Positions 1 to 11,452 of a stretch of 64,000 nucleotides of DNA are shown in pieces. A model generated the notes under the pieces. The model had not been told where the DNA came from. It made no database searches and saw only the letters and a program-made list of their open reading frames with translations. How positions within the stretch are numbered: position 1 is the stretch's first letter; every line of letters begins with the position of its first letter. Source of the stretch: Octopus bimaculoides (taxonomy: Eukaryota). The DNA lies in assembly GCF_001194135.2 (NCBI RefSeq), contig NC_069001.1:36936388-37000387 (forward strand). The letters run 5' to 3'. The translations under genes were made by a program, and so were the position numbers.

Positions 1-388
1 GTATACATATATGGAAAGCCATGTATTGAAGGGAACGCTAAAATGTGAAAATGCCGTTAAGGAAATATATTTCGAGATGAGGAGAAAGTATAGATAAATA
101 GGGACGGGGGAAAGATAAAACAAAGAAAAAAGAGAGAGAAGGGAAATGATCGGGCAAGATTGGATGGATAGAGGATGGGAAGAAAGACTGACTGGAGGAA
201 TAAAGGTTGGATAAATAATAAAGAAAAAAATAAAGGATAATTTGCAGAAATTATTGTTAGGTGAGGGATAGATACTATTTGAAAAAAGCGAAGGAGTGCT
301 TTGTTTTTTGTTTGTTTTTTTTTCGATGTTTACACGGTTAATTATCTAAATAATACCCAATTCTATCAAAAAAATCCATATTCCTTAC

Positions 389-510
389 CTTCATAAGCCT
401 AAAAAATAAACAGTCCAAGGGAAGTAACTGTGCTTCCCCTTCATTTTTACATCCTTTTAAAAGTAACGCCAGGTTTTTTAGTAATAAATCTTGCATAGAA
501 TCACGCAACC
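389..510 (-). CDS. Minus-strand exon; (G)LRDSMQDLLLKNLALLLKGCKNEGEAQLLPLDCLFFRLMK
   Basis: Acceptor TTTTTTTATTAG|, strong donor AAG|GTAAGG; 40 open codons. Belongs either to the same gene or to the start of a neighbouring one. Confidence 0.55.
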
Positions 511-2194
511 CTAATAAAAAAATATTTGGTTGATTATTCCATACGGTAAACAAGTAAAAGAGTAACCTTCCCTTCTTATTTCGTCAAGCTATAGAAAGGA
601 ACTTCCCTATTAAATCAAGGTACCACTCAACTTTGACAAACGATGCTGGTGTGTTTACATCCCCGTAACTTATCTGTTCGGCAAAAGAGACCGATAGAAT
701 AAGTACAAGGCTTACAAAGAAAAAGTCCTGGGGTTGATTTGTTCGACTAAAGGTAGTGCTCCAGTATGACCGCAGTCAAATGGCTGAAACAAATAAAAGA
801 ATAACCGGAAATGGCTCTGACACAAATCCACCAATTAATAGAAAAGAAGATTAGCCCATTAGCGTTTGGTTTACTCTGTGATGTTTACTTATGCAAATTG
901 TTTTCAATTAATCAATGCCTTATGTGACTGCTTCAAGTTTTCCATGATGTGATCATTTGTATTTAGAACGACATTGTAGGGTAGGTGAAAGAGGCTGGAT
1001 CTGGCCAGTTTGAACATAAAATAGGTAGAATATTGGCGTCAGTCATGTTGGTTTAAATGCTGAAGCAGTGGATCTCAGCTGGGGTCCACATGGCCCCATG
1101 GAGATCGACAGTAGATTTTGCTTTTAGAATTCATGTGCAATAAACTGGTTGCACATCTATTATTCTTTATTTGTTTACTTGTTCCAGTCATTTAACTGCA
1201 GCCATGCTGGAGCACCACCTTAAGGGGTTTTAATCAAATAAATTGCCCCCAGGACTTATTCTTTGTAAGCCAGGTACTACTTATTTTATCGGTCTTTTTT
1301 GCCAGACTGCTACATTATGAGGACATAAACACCAATATCAGTTGTCAAGGCATGGTGGAGGGGGACAAACATATATATATATATATGACAGACTTCTTTC
1401 AGTTTCCATCTCCCAAATCCACTCACAAGGCTTTGATCATCCCAAGGCTATAACAGAAGACACTTGCCCAAGGTGCCACACAGTAAGACTGAACCCAGAA
1501 CCAGGTGGTTGAGAAGTAAGCTTCTTACCACTGGAACTTTCCATTAGTTTTTCACAGATAACAAATCTGTCGAGTGATGAATATGAATAAAAGATCAGTT
1601 GTAAATGTAAGTGCTGGATTGGACCGGATTGCCCAGCATGTTCTCTCCACCAACCAGAGTCCAATGTGGGGGGCCATGAATCTGAGCTTGAATCTAACTG
1701 GTTTGATGAGCCTATTCTGCTACGCTGGCTTGACATGGCTTGGCAGAGGGGTGCATTTAAAAAAAAATTTTTTATTCATACTCAGGAGTACTTAAGTCAT
1801 TACATCGACCCCAGTACTCAACTGCGATATGAATAGGAAGCAAACTTAGCCACACAATCATGCCTGTGCCCTCCTCTATATCAATCAGAGTTGTTGTGGC
1901 TTTTTTTACCCCAGATACCTTTTCAACTTTCTTCTGTAATAAACAGTTTACTAAACTGATCTAAAACAAAAAACAAACCCAGTAATTACACCTGTATTAG
2001 TGCCTACAGACTATGATATTCTAGCAAAGCAAGTGAGAATAGACACTAAAAATGAGTTTGATACAGGTTTGAGAAACTGATGGGTGTCTAGTAAATAAAT
2101 TCCAGATCTGCAATTCCTGGGCTAAAAAAACATGAACCCATCAGAAAAACAAGGATGTGAAGCCAATGACAATTCTAGAATAAAAGGGTACCAT

Positions 2195-2415
2195 CCATAA
2201 TGAATATGCCATGTGTAGGTAATAGTAGTAAATATGCCATATACAAACAACTGTAGTAAATATGCTATAGGTAGGCAATTTTAGCAAATATGTATACAGC
2301 TGCAGTAAATATGCCATATGTAGGCAACTGTAGTAAATACACCATGTGTTGGCAATTGTGGTGAAGATACCATATTTAGACAATTGTGGTAAATATACCA
2401 CATGTAGGCAATTGG
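2195..2415. repeat. About 29-bp degenerate minisatellite (GTAGTAAATATGCCATATGTAGGCAATT), 7-8 copies
   Basis: Repeat units read directly from the sequence. Confidence 0.85.
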
Positions 2416-2565
2416 ACTAAAAGATTTAACTAGAACCTGTAAGTCAAACTCTAACATAATGTATTTTAAACAAAAACAAATGGAGAAATTGTATATAAAG
2501 CTCCCAGTTGGAAAAATAATGCGTTGTGTGAGAGATAAGCCCAGTCATTCAGTGAAATACAATAC

Positions 2566-2640
2566 CTGCTGCCAATGATTCAAAGACTGGAATAGATATC
2601 ATCAATTTAATGGCATAACATTTTCTAGTTAACAAGTTAG
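2566..2640 (-). CDS. Minus-strand gene, candidate 75-nt exon; (S)NLLTRKCYAIKLMISIPVFESLAA
   Basis: Donor CAG|GTATTG, weak acceptor CAATTTAG|; phase 1-1. Competes with two terminal-exon alternatives (acceptors giving exon starts near 3218 and 2751). Confidence 0.35.
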
Positions 2641-4299
2641 CTAAATTGATGAATTCATTTGACTGGAATTACTTTTCAGATTTTCTTTTTTTTTTTTTTT
2701 CTTTAACAAACATCTACTACGAAGAAATACAGATTTCTAAATGAAGTTTACCTAAAAAGTAAAGGAATTGTAATACAAGGTGACTTAAAAAAAGAAGAAA
2801 TACTTCGTAATTTTCAGCAGAGAGTGCAGAAGAGCAAAAGTCTAACCTACAATTCAACTCTTGATTAGAAAAGCAATGGAGAACCATGCAAAAGAGTACT
2901 CATGCCATTACAAAAGAAGAAAAACAATAATAACAATAATAATCTTTCTGTCAAAGGGATCTAAGATTAAATTTGAAATAAGCAACTAAAAGGCAACTGG
3001 ATTTCTAGAGGTGTAAACTTTAAAAACAGCTATAATCTAAGATAAAGGGAAGCAAGTGAGTCACTAGATGAGCAGCAATAGCAGACTAGTGTTAAGATGG
3101 ACTAAACTAATCATCAGACAGATATACTATACCATTAGCAACAAGCGCTTTTTTTAAAATTATTATTTATTTGCTAAAGCACGGAAAAATGTTCATTTAA
3201 CAAAGTCAGTCGGGAAAACTGAAAAGACAAATTAAAAAATAAAAAGAAAATATGTATTGAACAATATTGATAGACTGACAGGAGAAAAATGAATAGATAA
3301 ATAGAGATTATCAACATGGTGTAGTATTTAGAACAAGCTTGACTAAGTTGCAGTTTCATGTGATAGAAAAATACAGGAAAAAAAAAAAATCATTGAAAAA
3401 TGAAAAAAAACACTGGAAGAGTCATAACACTAGAAGCTTCGTTAAACAAACAGAAATAATTCAAGAATAGAACCGCTGAATAATCAAGAATCAAACCTAG
3501 TCTAACTACATTTTGGTTCTTCTTTTGGTGTTATGCCATATAGCAGACACTTTTGAGTGTCATTTTATCATTGGTTCTTTTTACATACAGACTGCTGCCA
3601 TCTTTACATTAGATCTTTTGATATTATCATCATTTAACATCCGTTTTCGATGCTGGCAAGGGTTGGGCAATTTGACAGGAACTGCCAAGCTGGAAGGCTA
3701 CACCTAGCCAGGGGGATAACTAAATCGTTAGCCCCCTGAACAAAATGCTTAGAGGCATTTCATCTTTCTTAATTGAGTTCATTTTCTGCTGTGGTCGACT
3801 TTGCCTTTCAACTTTTTGGGGTCACTAAAATAAATACCAGTTGAGCACAGGGATCACTGGAATTAACTTACCCTCCCACTTGAATTTGTTGACCCTATAC
3901 TAAAATTTGAAATCATTATTAAGCTATTAATCTCTAGATTAAGTCAGCAAGCTGGCAGAATCATTAGCACCCTGGACAAAATGCTTAGTGGTGTTTCATC
4001 CATCTTTACATCCTGAGTTCAAATTCCACCAAGGTTGACTTTGCATATCATTTTTTTGGAGTCTATGAAATACCAGTCAAGTACTGGGGTCAATGTAATT
4101 GACTAAATCCCTCCCCCAAAATTTCAGGCTTTGTACCTATAGTAGGAAGGATTATTTGGTGAGCTAGCAGCGTTATTAGTGCACCAGACAAAATGCTAAG
4201 CATCATTTCTTCTGGTTCTTTATGTTATGAGTTCAAATATCTTCAAAGTCAACTTTGCCTTTCATCCTTTCAGGATTGATAAGATGAAGTACCATTTAA

Positions 4300-4523
4300 C
4301 CCTTTTGACATCAACCCACCTGAAACCGCCTCTGGCTCTGTAGAACAAATGTCTTGTTTTCAAAAGTTTTGAATTAATATCTTCCACCAAAACCTTAGTC
4401 ACAATTTATGTTCCTAACACTAGCTTAATGATAACTAAGTTATTTTACTAAATTCTTTGTTATATTTAAAATTAATTGAAAGGAAACACAGAGCATCTCA
4501 ACAGAAATACAGTAACAAAAGGG
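4300..4523. mobile_element. piggyBac-type MITE (TTAA|CCCTTTTG...CAAAAGGG|TTAA); further copies at ~11660-11890, 11973-12196, 12200-12360, 41118-41160
   Basis: TTAA at 4296-4299 and 4524-4527 flanking CCC/GGG termini. Confidence 0.8.
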
Positions 4524-4584
4524 TTAAAGTAATTGACTTGCTCCCAACCCTCAAAACTGCTAACTATGTACTAGTGTTTGAAAC

Positions 4585-4632
<48 letters not shown>

Positions 4633-5087
4633 AGCAGCTAAAGGTGACAAAGTGACAGAATCATCAGCATGCCAGGCAATATGCTTAGCAGCATTTCATG
4701 TCTTTATGTTCTGAGTTCAAATTCCTCTGAAGCCAGCTTTGACTCTCATCCTTTTGGGATCAATGAAAAAAGTAGCAGTTGAGCACTGGATCAATACAAC
4801 CAATTAGCCTCCTCTCTCCAAAATTTCAGGCCTTGTGCCTATAGTAGGAAGGATCGTTAAGGCAGTAGTTAGCTGACTGAATCGTTAGCAAATCAGACAA
4901 AATGCCTGGTGACATTTCTCCTGATTCTTTATGTTCTCAGTTCAAATGCTGCTGAGACCGACTTTACTTTCCGTCTTTTCCAGGTCAAGAAAATAAAGAA
5001 CCAGTCAATGCAATCTACTTGCACCTTGTTCTCAAAGTTGCTGACTTCATACCAAAATTAGAAAGAATTATTGGTCTCCCTACTTAC

Positions 5088-5155
5088 ATGTAGTGTCTAT
5101 ATATTTAGTCGTGTCAAAAGGACCAATGAAAAGATAGCAGTCTATACATGACCAA
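5088..5155 (-). CDS. Minus-strand gene, 68-nt exon; WSCIDCYLFIGPFDTTKYIDTT
   Basis: Strong acceptor TTTTTCTTTGGCTCTTTTCAG| and donor CAT|GTAAGT; only phase 2-1 is open. Confidence 0.6.
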
Positions 5156-5794
5156 CTGAAAAGAGCCAAAGAAAAACAATGACATTTGAAGTGTTTGGGT
5201 ACAAGGATAACAAATGAAAAAACAACATTTCTACTTAGTTTTCTACTCAGAACCATTACTACATATCTAGCAAAACTTCTCAAAACCATGCTTTTTGCTT
5301 CCAACCTTCATTCAAATTCTGTCCAAGTCTAAGTTGGGCTTCAGCTATGTGTGAGCCTACAAAGAACATAACTTGTAGAAAGAATCATTTCAGCTTATAT
5401 TTTTTTCTATTTTTTAAAAATTTTTTCATGAAATTTTAAAAATTCAAAGCAGATACATTTTCTTCTGCAAAAATTTTTCCAAAAATTTTCAATTTAATGT
5501 TTTTAATTCACATGATATATTTGAAAAACAATCTTTGCTATTTTACTAATACATCATTTCAAAAACAAAAACATATTAATCTGAATCTAAGAACTCAAAG
5601 AATGCAGACTAAAACTCACCCAAATTCACAGACTCTTTTAAAATAAGCAAGATCTTATATGTCCTTCAATTAGGTGTATGTAAGAGGGTTTCACAATAAT
5701 GTACCAGCTCCAGCATTTGATGCGGCCGGAAAAAAAACTGCCAAACTTGCTATTTTCAATTTGGTGTTCATGCCTACTATCCTCACCTATTCTG

Positions 5795-6192
5795 TTATTC
5801 TTTTACTTGTTTCAGTCATTTGACTGTGGCCATGCTGGAGCACAGCCTTTAGTCGAGTAAATCAACCCCAGGACTTATTCTTTGTCAGCCTAATACTTAT
5901 TCTATCAGCCTTTTTTGCCGAACCGCTAAGTTACGGGGATGTAAACACACCAGCATCAGTTGTCAAGCAATGTTGGCAGGACAAACACAGACACACAAAC
6001 ATACACACACACACACACATACACACATATATATGGGCTTCTTTCAGTTTCCATCTACCAAATCCACTCACAAGGCTTTGGTCAGCCCGAGGCTATAGTA
6101 GAAGACACTTGCCGAAGGTGCCATGCAGTGGGACTGAACCCGGAACAATGTGGTTGGTAAACAAGTTACTTACCACACAGCCATTCCTGTAC
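5795..6192 (-). mobile_element. SINE family A: tRNA-like head, CORE-like CACCTTGGGCAAGTGTCTT segment, internal (CA/TA)n, unique tail; representative of >20 full or partial copies
   Basis: Near-identical blocks recur, e.g. 630-800, 1166-1530, 11185-11580, 13040-13230, 13637-14030, 23460-23600, 28480-28740, 49770-49865, 51770-51915, 54140-54290, 56730-56890, 61900-62020. Confidence 0.85.
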
Positions 6193-6826
6193 CGATATAT
6201 ATGATGATTGATATATTCATATCATCATTTAATGTCCATTCTACATGTTCGCATGCATTGGATGGTTTGACAGGAGCTGGCCAGTTACGGCCAGTTTTGT
6301 CTGTTTTGGCATGGTTTCTATGGTTGGACACCCTTTCTTATGCCAACCACTTTACAGAGTGCACTGGGTGCTTTTAACATGGTACCAGCATAGGTGCTTT
6401 TACATGGCACCATTCTTAGAAAGTACTCATTGATTAAGCAAACTTGGTTAACCATATCAATCCATCAGATACCAATAAATTCAAATCGAATTAACATCCC
6501 AAGTAATTCCTTGCATATGATAAGTAACTCCAAATACTGTTTAAAAGAATTTCAAGAAATCCAGAGTATACAACAACATGAACTTGAATGGAGAAATCAG
6601 ATTTTATTTGATGATTATACATACCAATGATCATTTTTCTATTGTGTCAGCATATTTAAATAAATAAAAATACAAAATATCTGAAAATATATTTATTTTT
6701 TCCTTGTCTGCTGACATCATTATACGTTTAAATACTAACCTGCTTTTCCTTAGAATATTATATTTCTTCTCAACATTCTTTCCAAATGCCTTCAGTTCAT
6801 TTTAAATGTAACCCATTTGGAATTAC

Positions 6827-6892
6827 TTTGATAATGTTAGTTCAGCATTAACTTTTGGATATTTTGAAATGACTGAGAATATATCTAAATAT
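6827..6892 (-). CDS. Minus-strand gene, 66-nt exon; YLDIFSVISKYPKVNAELTLS
   Basis: Acceptor TTGTTTCTATTGTTTCAAG|, donor AA|GTAATT; open in phase 2-2. Confidence 0.55.
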
Positions 6893-7497
6893 CTTGAAAC
6901 AATAGAAACAATCACTGGTATTCTTTGGTGGAATTATTTAATAAAGATATAACTTCTCCATTCTGGCTCATGTCATTATATATACACACACACACATGTA
7001 TATATATAGAACAAACAGTGAGGGATTATCAATCTGGGGAAAATACTTCATAAGCTCTCTGTTGGCACACCAGGCTAATAATATTACTTAAATTTTAAGG
7101 CGGTAAGCTGGCAGAAACGTTAGTATGCCAGGCAAAATGCTTAGCAGTATTTCATGGCTTATAAATACTTTCCACGCTGCAATTGTTTTTCTTTCAGCAC
7201 ACAATCTCAGATCAGGTCGCTTGCTATGCAAGTACATCTCCGATATATAAGAAACAAGTTAGAAATAATGGTCATTACATATTTTTCCTTTGTTGGAGCA
7301 AATTTGGCTTACAGCTGTTTCCAGTAGTCATTATAGGTACGTTATTGATAGGTTTACTCAAATTGGTCTATTGATCAAGTGAGGAAAATTGGATGACCTA
7401 AGAAAATTAATGTTACTTTCGTCAGAGCCATTTCTGGTTATTCTTTTATCCTTTTATTTTTTTACTTGTTTCAGTCATTTGCCTGTTTTTAGTGTTG

Positions 7498-8117
7498 AAT
7501 TGTAAATGGAGATGAAAAATGGATCTATTTTCATAATCCTAATAAGAGAAACCAATGGATTTGCTCTGGTAGGATTCAGAATCTGCCATCAAACAAGGGT
7601 GGTTTGAACAGAAGGTCGTGTTTTGTGATGGTGGAATTTCAGGGATTTTGCACTTTGAGCTTGTTTCAGATGGTCATACTGTGAACTCTAACCTTTATGC
7701 TCAACGAAAGCCTGCTACCCAGCATTGGTCAACTGAAGATGTGCACTCTTACAGCATGACAATGGCCCCAGCAATGTGAGCAAGTGAAAACTTGAGGAAT
7801 TTGAGGCGGGAACTGCTGCCTCACCCTGCCTTCAGTCCAGACTTTGCACCATCAAATTACCTCCCACCTTTTCTGAGCCATGGCTTATTTCCTGCATGGA
7901 GGTTCGACAATGTGGATGAGGTTGAAAATGGGTGCAAGGAGTTTATTTGCCTCTGAACCAACCAAATAGTAAAAACATGGAATTGAGCTTCTAGCACAAC
8001 ATTGGCAACAGACATCAGAATACAAATATTCTGATGAATAGACACTTTACGTATGTAATTTGTTTGAACTTTTAATTAAAGCTCGGAATACAAAAAAACT
8101 TTTGACTCAATCAGCTA
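7498..8117 (+). mobile_element. Degenerate mariner remnant
   Basis: IVNGDEKWIYFHNP, LQHDNGP and LLPHPAFSPDFAPSNY in shifted frames. Confidence 0.85.
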
Positions 8118-8412
8118 TTTGTACACACACACACACACACACACACACGCGTGTGTGGGTATGTATGTAGTACTTGTATGTAATATATCTCGTTGGTGAA
8201 GAGATAAAACTCGAGATATGGTCTTATAGCTGAAAACTTTAAAATCAAGTCGCTACAATCTGCTAAAATTTATGTTAAAACGTAACTAAGAGACTGAACA
8301 ACAAATTTATATATTGTTTTAACAGCAGTTAGATATGCGTTGTCTTACTAAATTGATTAAAAGAAAAAGAAAAAAACCACATGCGACATCTGTCGTTAAT
8401 CAACATCATCAC

Positions 8413-8436
8413 CTTAATAGCAATTGCTTTTCAAAA
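8413..8436 (-). CDS. Minus-strand gene, candidate 24-nt exon; xFEKQLLL(R)
   Basis: Acceptor CTAATTGCTGTCAG|, donor AG|GTGATG; open only in phase 2-2. Confidence 0.4.
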
Positions 8437-8582
8437 CTGACAGCAATTAGAAGGATTTGCATCAACAAATCTTGCCCTAGGCACATGCATGGCTGTGTGG
8501 TTAAGAAATTTGTTTTGCAACCATGCAGTTTCAGGTTCAGTCCCACCAAGCAGCACTTTGAGCAAAGTGTCTTCTATTACAG

Positions 8583-8622
<40 letters not shown>

Positions 8623-8809
8623 ATGCGTGCATGCGTGTGTGTGTGTGGTCATTTAACCATGGTTTTCCATGCTGGCATGAGTTGGATAAAAAGTGGCCAG
8701 CAAGCCACAGCTCTGTGCCTCTCAAATACCAGCCGAGCACTCAATCCATTGAGCTAAACAGCTCCTGTGTGTGTGTGTGTACATTCAAATTCAAAATGGC
8801 TGAAGACTA

Positions 8810-9350
8810 GCATCAAACTTGAAACTCAACCGTATCAATAAATTCCCCCAAACTATGATGGTCTTTGGGTATGTCTCCAGTAAGAGTGATGTCATGCCAG
8901 CCCACATCTTTGAATAAGGCCTTAGGCTTAATTCAGATGGCCATGTGTAGCTGCTGAAGACTGGTCAAACCCTGGCTGGGAAGGGTTGCTACCGGAAGGC
9001 CACATGTGTGGCAGCAGGATTCAGCCCCTTGCCATACTCTTGGAAAGAGCCAGATGTGGTTGCTGGACAATTTCTACAATTTCACCAGCTCTTCTTTCTG
9101 GTCTCCTAATTCCCCCAATTGTACCCATGGATTTTTATATAGGGGCACAGTTGAGAAACCCAACTAACCACTCTGCCTGCAACACCAAGACCAAACTGGT
9201 GGATAAGGTCAAGGAAGTGTTTGATGATCTTCCAAGGGACACAGCAAGGAATGCATGTGCAGGTCCTGGAGGCATCTTGAGGCCATGGTGGAAGCTAAGG
9301 GTGACTACTTTGATTAAAATGTTATCACCCAGCCATAATCCAGTTGACAT
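8810..9350 (+). mobile_element. Degenerate Tc1/mariner-superfamily remnant (maT/DD37D-like)
   Basis: KFPQTMMVFGYVSS..MPAHIF, PPNSP..PMDFY.. and LVDKVKEVFDDLP segments in shifted frames. Confidence 0.7.
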
Positions 9351-10125
9351 TTTTTGATTTAAAAAAAAAAAAACCTTTTATTTTTAGATGGGATATTGTG
9401 TTTTTTATTTTCCTTTTATATAAATGTCAAATTTAGCCCAAATACCCTGTATTTGTATGTGCACATATATATGTATGTATGTGTACACACATGCACATAT
9501 ATATACACACACACACACACACACATATACGTGTGTGTGGTTGTGTGTGTATGTACATACAAACACATTTAATAACAGTTTGACTCAGCTCCACATGACT
9601 GAAGTTTTCATGAACATGTAGGAAACGCCCATCTCATTAGAAGCTAGGAATAGATCAGGAGTTTTGAGAGAAATTCCAGAAGGCCTCTAGGTGTTAAGTG
9701 TCTATTCGTTAGCTAAGGTTACATTGTTTTAATGCTAACAAAGAAACACCAGCTATTTTCTTCGTTTTGTTTTGTTGTTTTTTTTTTTTAGTTTTAGTCC
9801 CACATGTTTGGACAGGTTGTCGACAGGGTGCTGAGTTGAACTGCTTTTAAAAATATATGTAACTCCTATCAAGTGTGTTTAGTGCTAGTTTCTTCTGTTT
9901 ATTCACTTGTGTGTGTGTGTGTGTGTAAATTAAATCAGCTTGGATATGACAGTTGGAGACAGACAGAGGTGCAGCAGAATTCAGCTGGTATTCATTTACA
10001 ACAGCTAGACTTGAGCAACATGAAATAACATGCTTTGCTCCATGACAAAACACATCACCCAGTCCAGGAGCCAAAACCTTGACCCTAGCCACTAAGCCAC
10101 AGAATTTCATATATTATATACACAC

Positions 10126-10160
<35 letters not shown>

Positions 10161-10218
10161 ATAATATAACCTACCTATTTTAAAGTGATCTATACACACA
10201 TACAAGTATGTATGTATG

Positions 10219-10268
<50 letters not shown>

Positions 10269-10272
10269 TGAA

Positions 10273-10469
10273 GTGGTGCTGAAAAGTTCCTGGCTTTGGG
10301 TAAAAAAAAATGAAAGAAGATCAGTTAATTATGATTTTATTCAACACATTCTCCTCTCAGACTCACACACTTGTTGCAACAACCCTTCACTTTTCCTAAG
10401 CCCTGTAAAAGAACTCAGAAGGTTGGGCCTTTCGCAATACCCTCAAAGCTAGGAATCTTTCACCACCAC
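10273..10469. mobile_element. About 200-bp MITE with 26-bp imperfect TIRs; related copy at ~61740-61900
   Basis: GTGGTGCTGAAAAGTTCCTGGCTTTG versus the reverse complement of the right end, GTGGTGGTGAAAGATTCCTAGCTTTG. Confidence 0.7.
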
Positions 10470-11026
10470 CACCCTTGTATATGCACACACACACATATGT
10501 ACACACATACATAACAGATCAACGAGCTTTTGCACCATCTAAACATCACAAGACTTTGGTCAACCTCAAACAATGGTAGAAGATTGCTATAGTGTTTTCC
10601 AGCTTTTGAGTAGGGGACGGGGCTTTATCAGTCTATATATGTCCTATATTTCTTAAAATGGTTTATATATGTCACTATTGTGTTTTCAGTGTTTCATATA
10701 AACCTATTTTTTATATAACATCCATCACATTCATTATATTTTTTTTTTTCATATATGTACACATGACTGTCACAATGATCGTCCTTCATATAAACACATT
10801 TGCATACAAACATTACATTATATTATATATACATAAATATTAGTAGAGTGTTTTGATTTTATGTTATTTTATACTTTTCAAGCATCTGAAGTTTATTTAA
10901 CAGCATTTTCACAAATACATCAATTTACATTATTTTCTAAATATATAAATAAATAGAAATAATTTTAAAAAAAGACAAAGAAACATCATGCAGAATCCAA
11001 CAGCAATTACAATAAACTTCACTCAC

Positions 11027-11089
11027 AAGACAGTCTGATGTTACATACATTTTGAAATGTGTGGTTAAACCTTCGTTTGCTATTACTTT
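11027..11089 (-). CDS. Minus-strand gene, 63-nt exon; KVIANEGLTTHFKMYVTSDCL
   Basis: Acceptor ..AAAATAG|, donor CTT|GTGAGT; open in phase 0-0. Confidence 0.6.
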
Positions 11090-11401
11090 CTATTTTCAAG
11101 TATAACAAAATTACTTATCTTATAAAAAATTACAGCCAAATACACGCACACACTCACACACACACACACACTCACACACACACTTTTTTATTCCTTTACA
11201 TATTTCAGTCATTTGACTGTGGTCATGCTGGAGCGCCACCTTAAAGGGTTTTAGTTGAAGAAATCGACCCCAGGACTAATTCTTTGTAAGCCTAGTATTT
11301 ACTCTATCAGTTTCTTTTGCCAAACTGCTAAGTTACAGGTACATAAACACAACCAACATTGGTTGTCAACCAATAGTGGGAGACAAACACAGCCACAAAG
11401 C

Positions 11402-11452
<51 letters not shown>

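Noticed and set aside
2707-2868. Plus-strand open stretch QTSTTKKYRFLNEVYLKSKGIVIQGDLKKEEILRNFQQRVQKSKSLTYNSTLD*
   Set aside because: Its A-rich composition is explained as the complement of a minus-strand polypyrimidine tract; no supporting exons or known motif.
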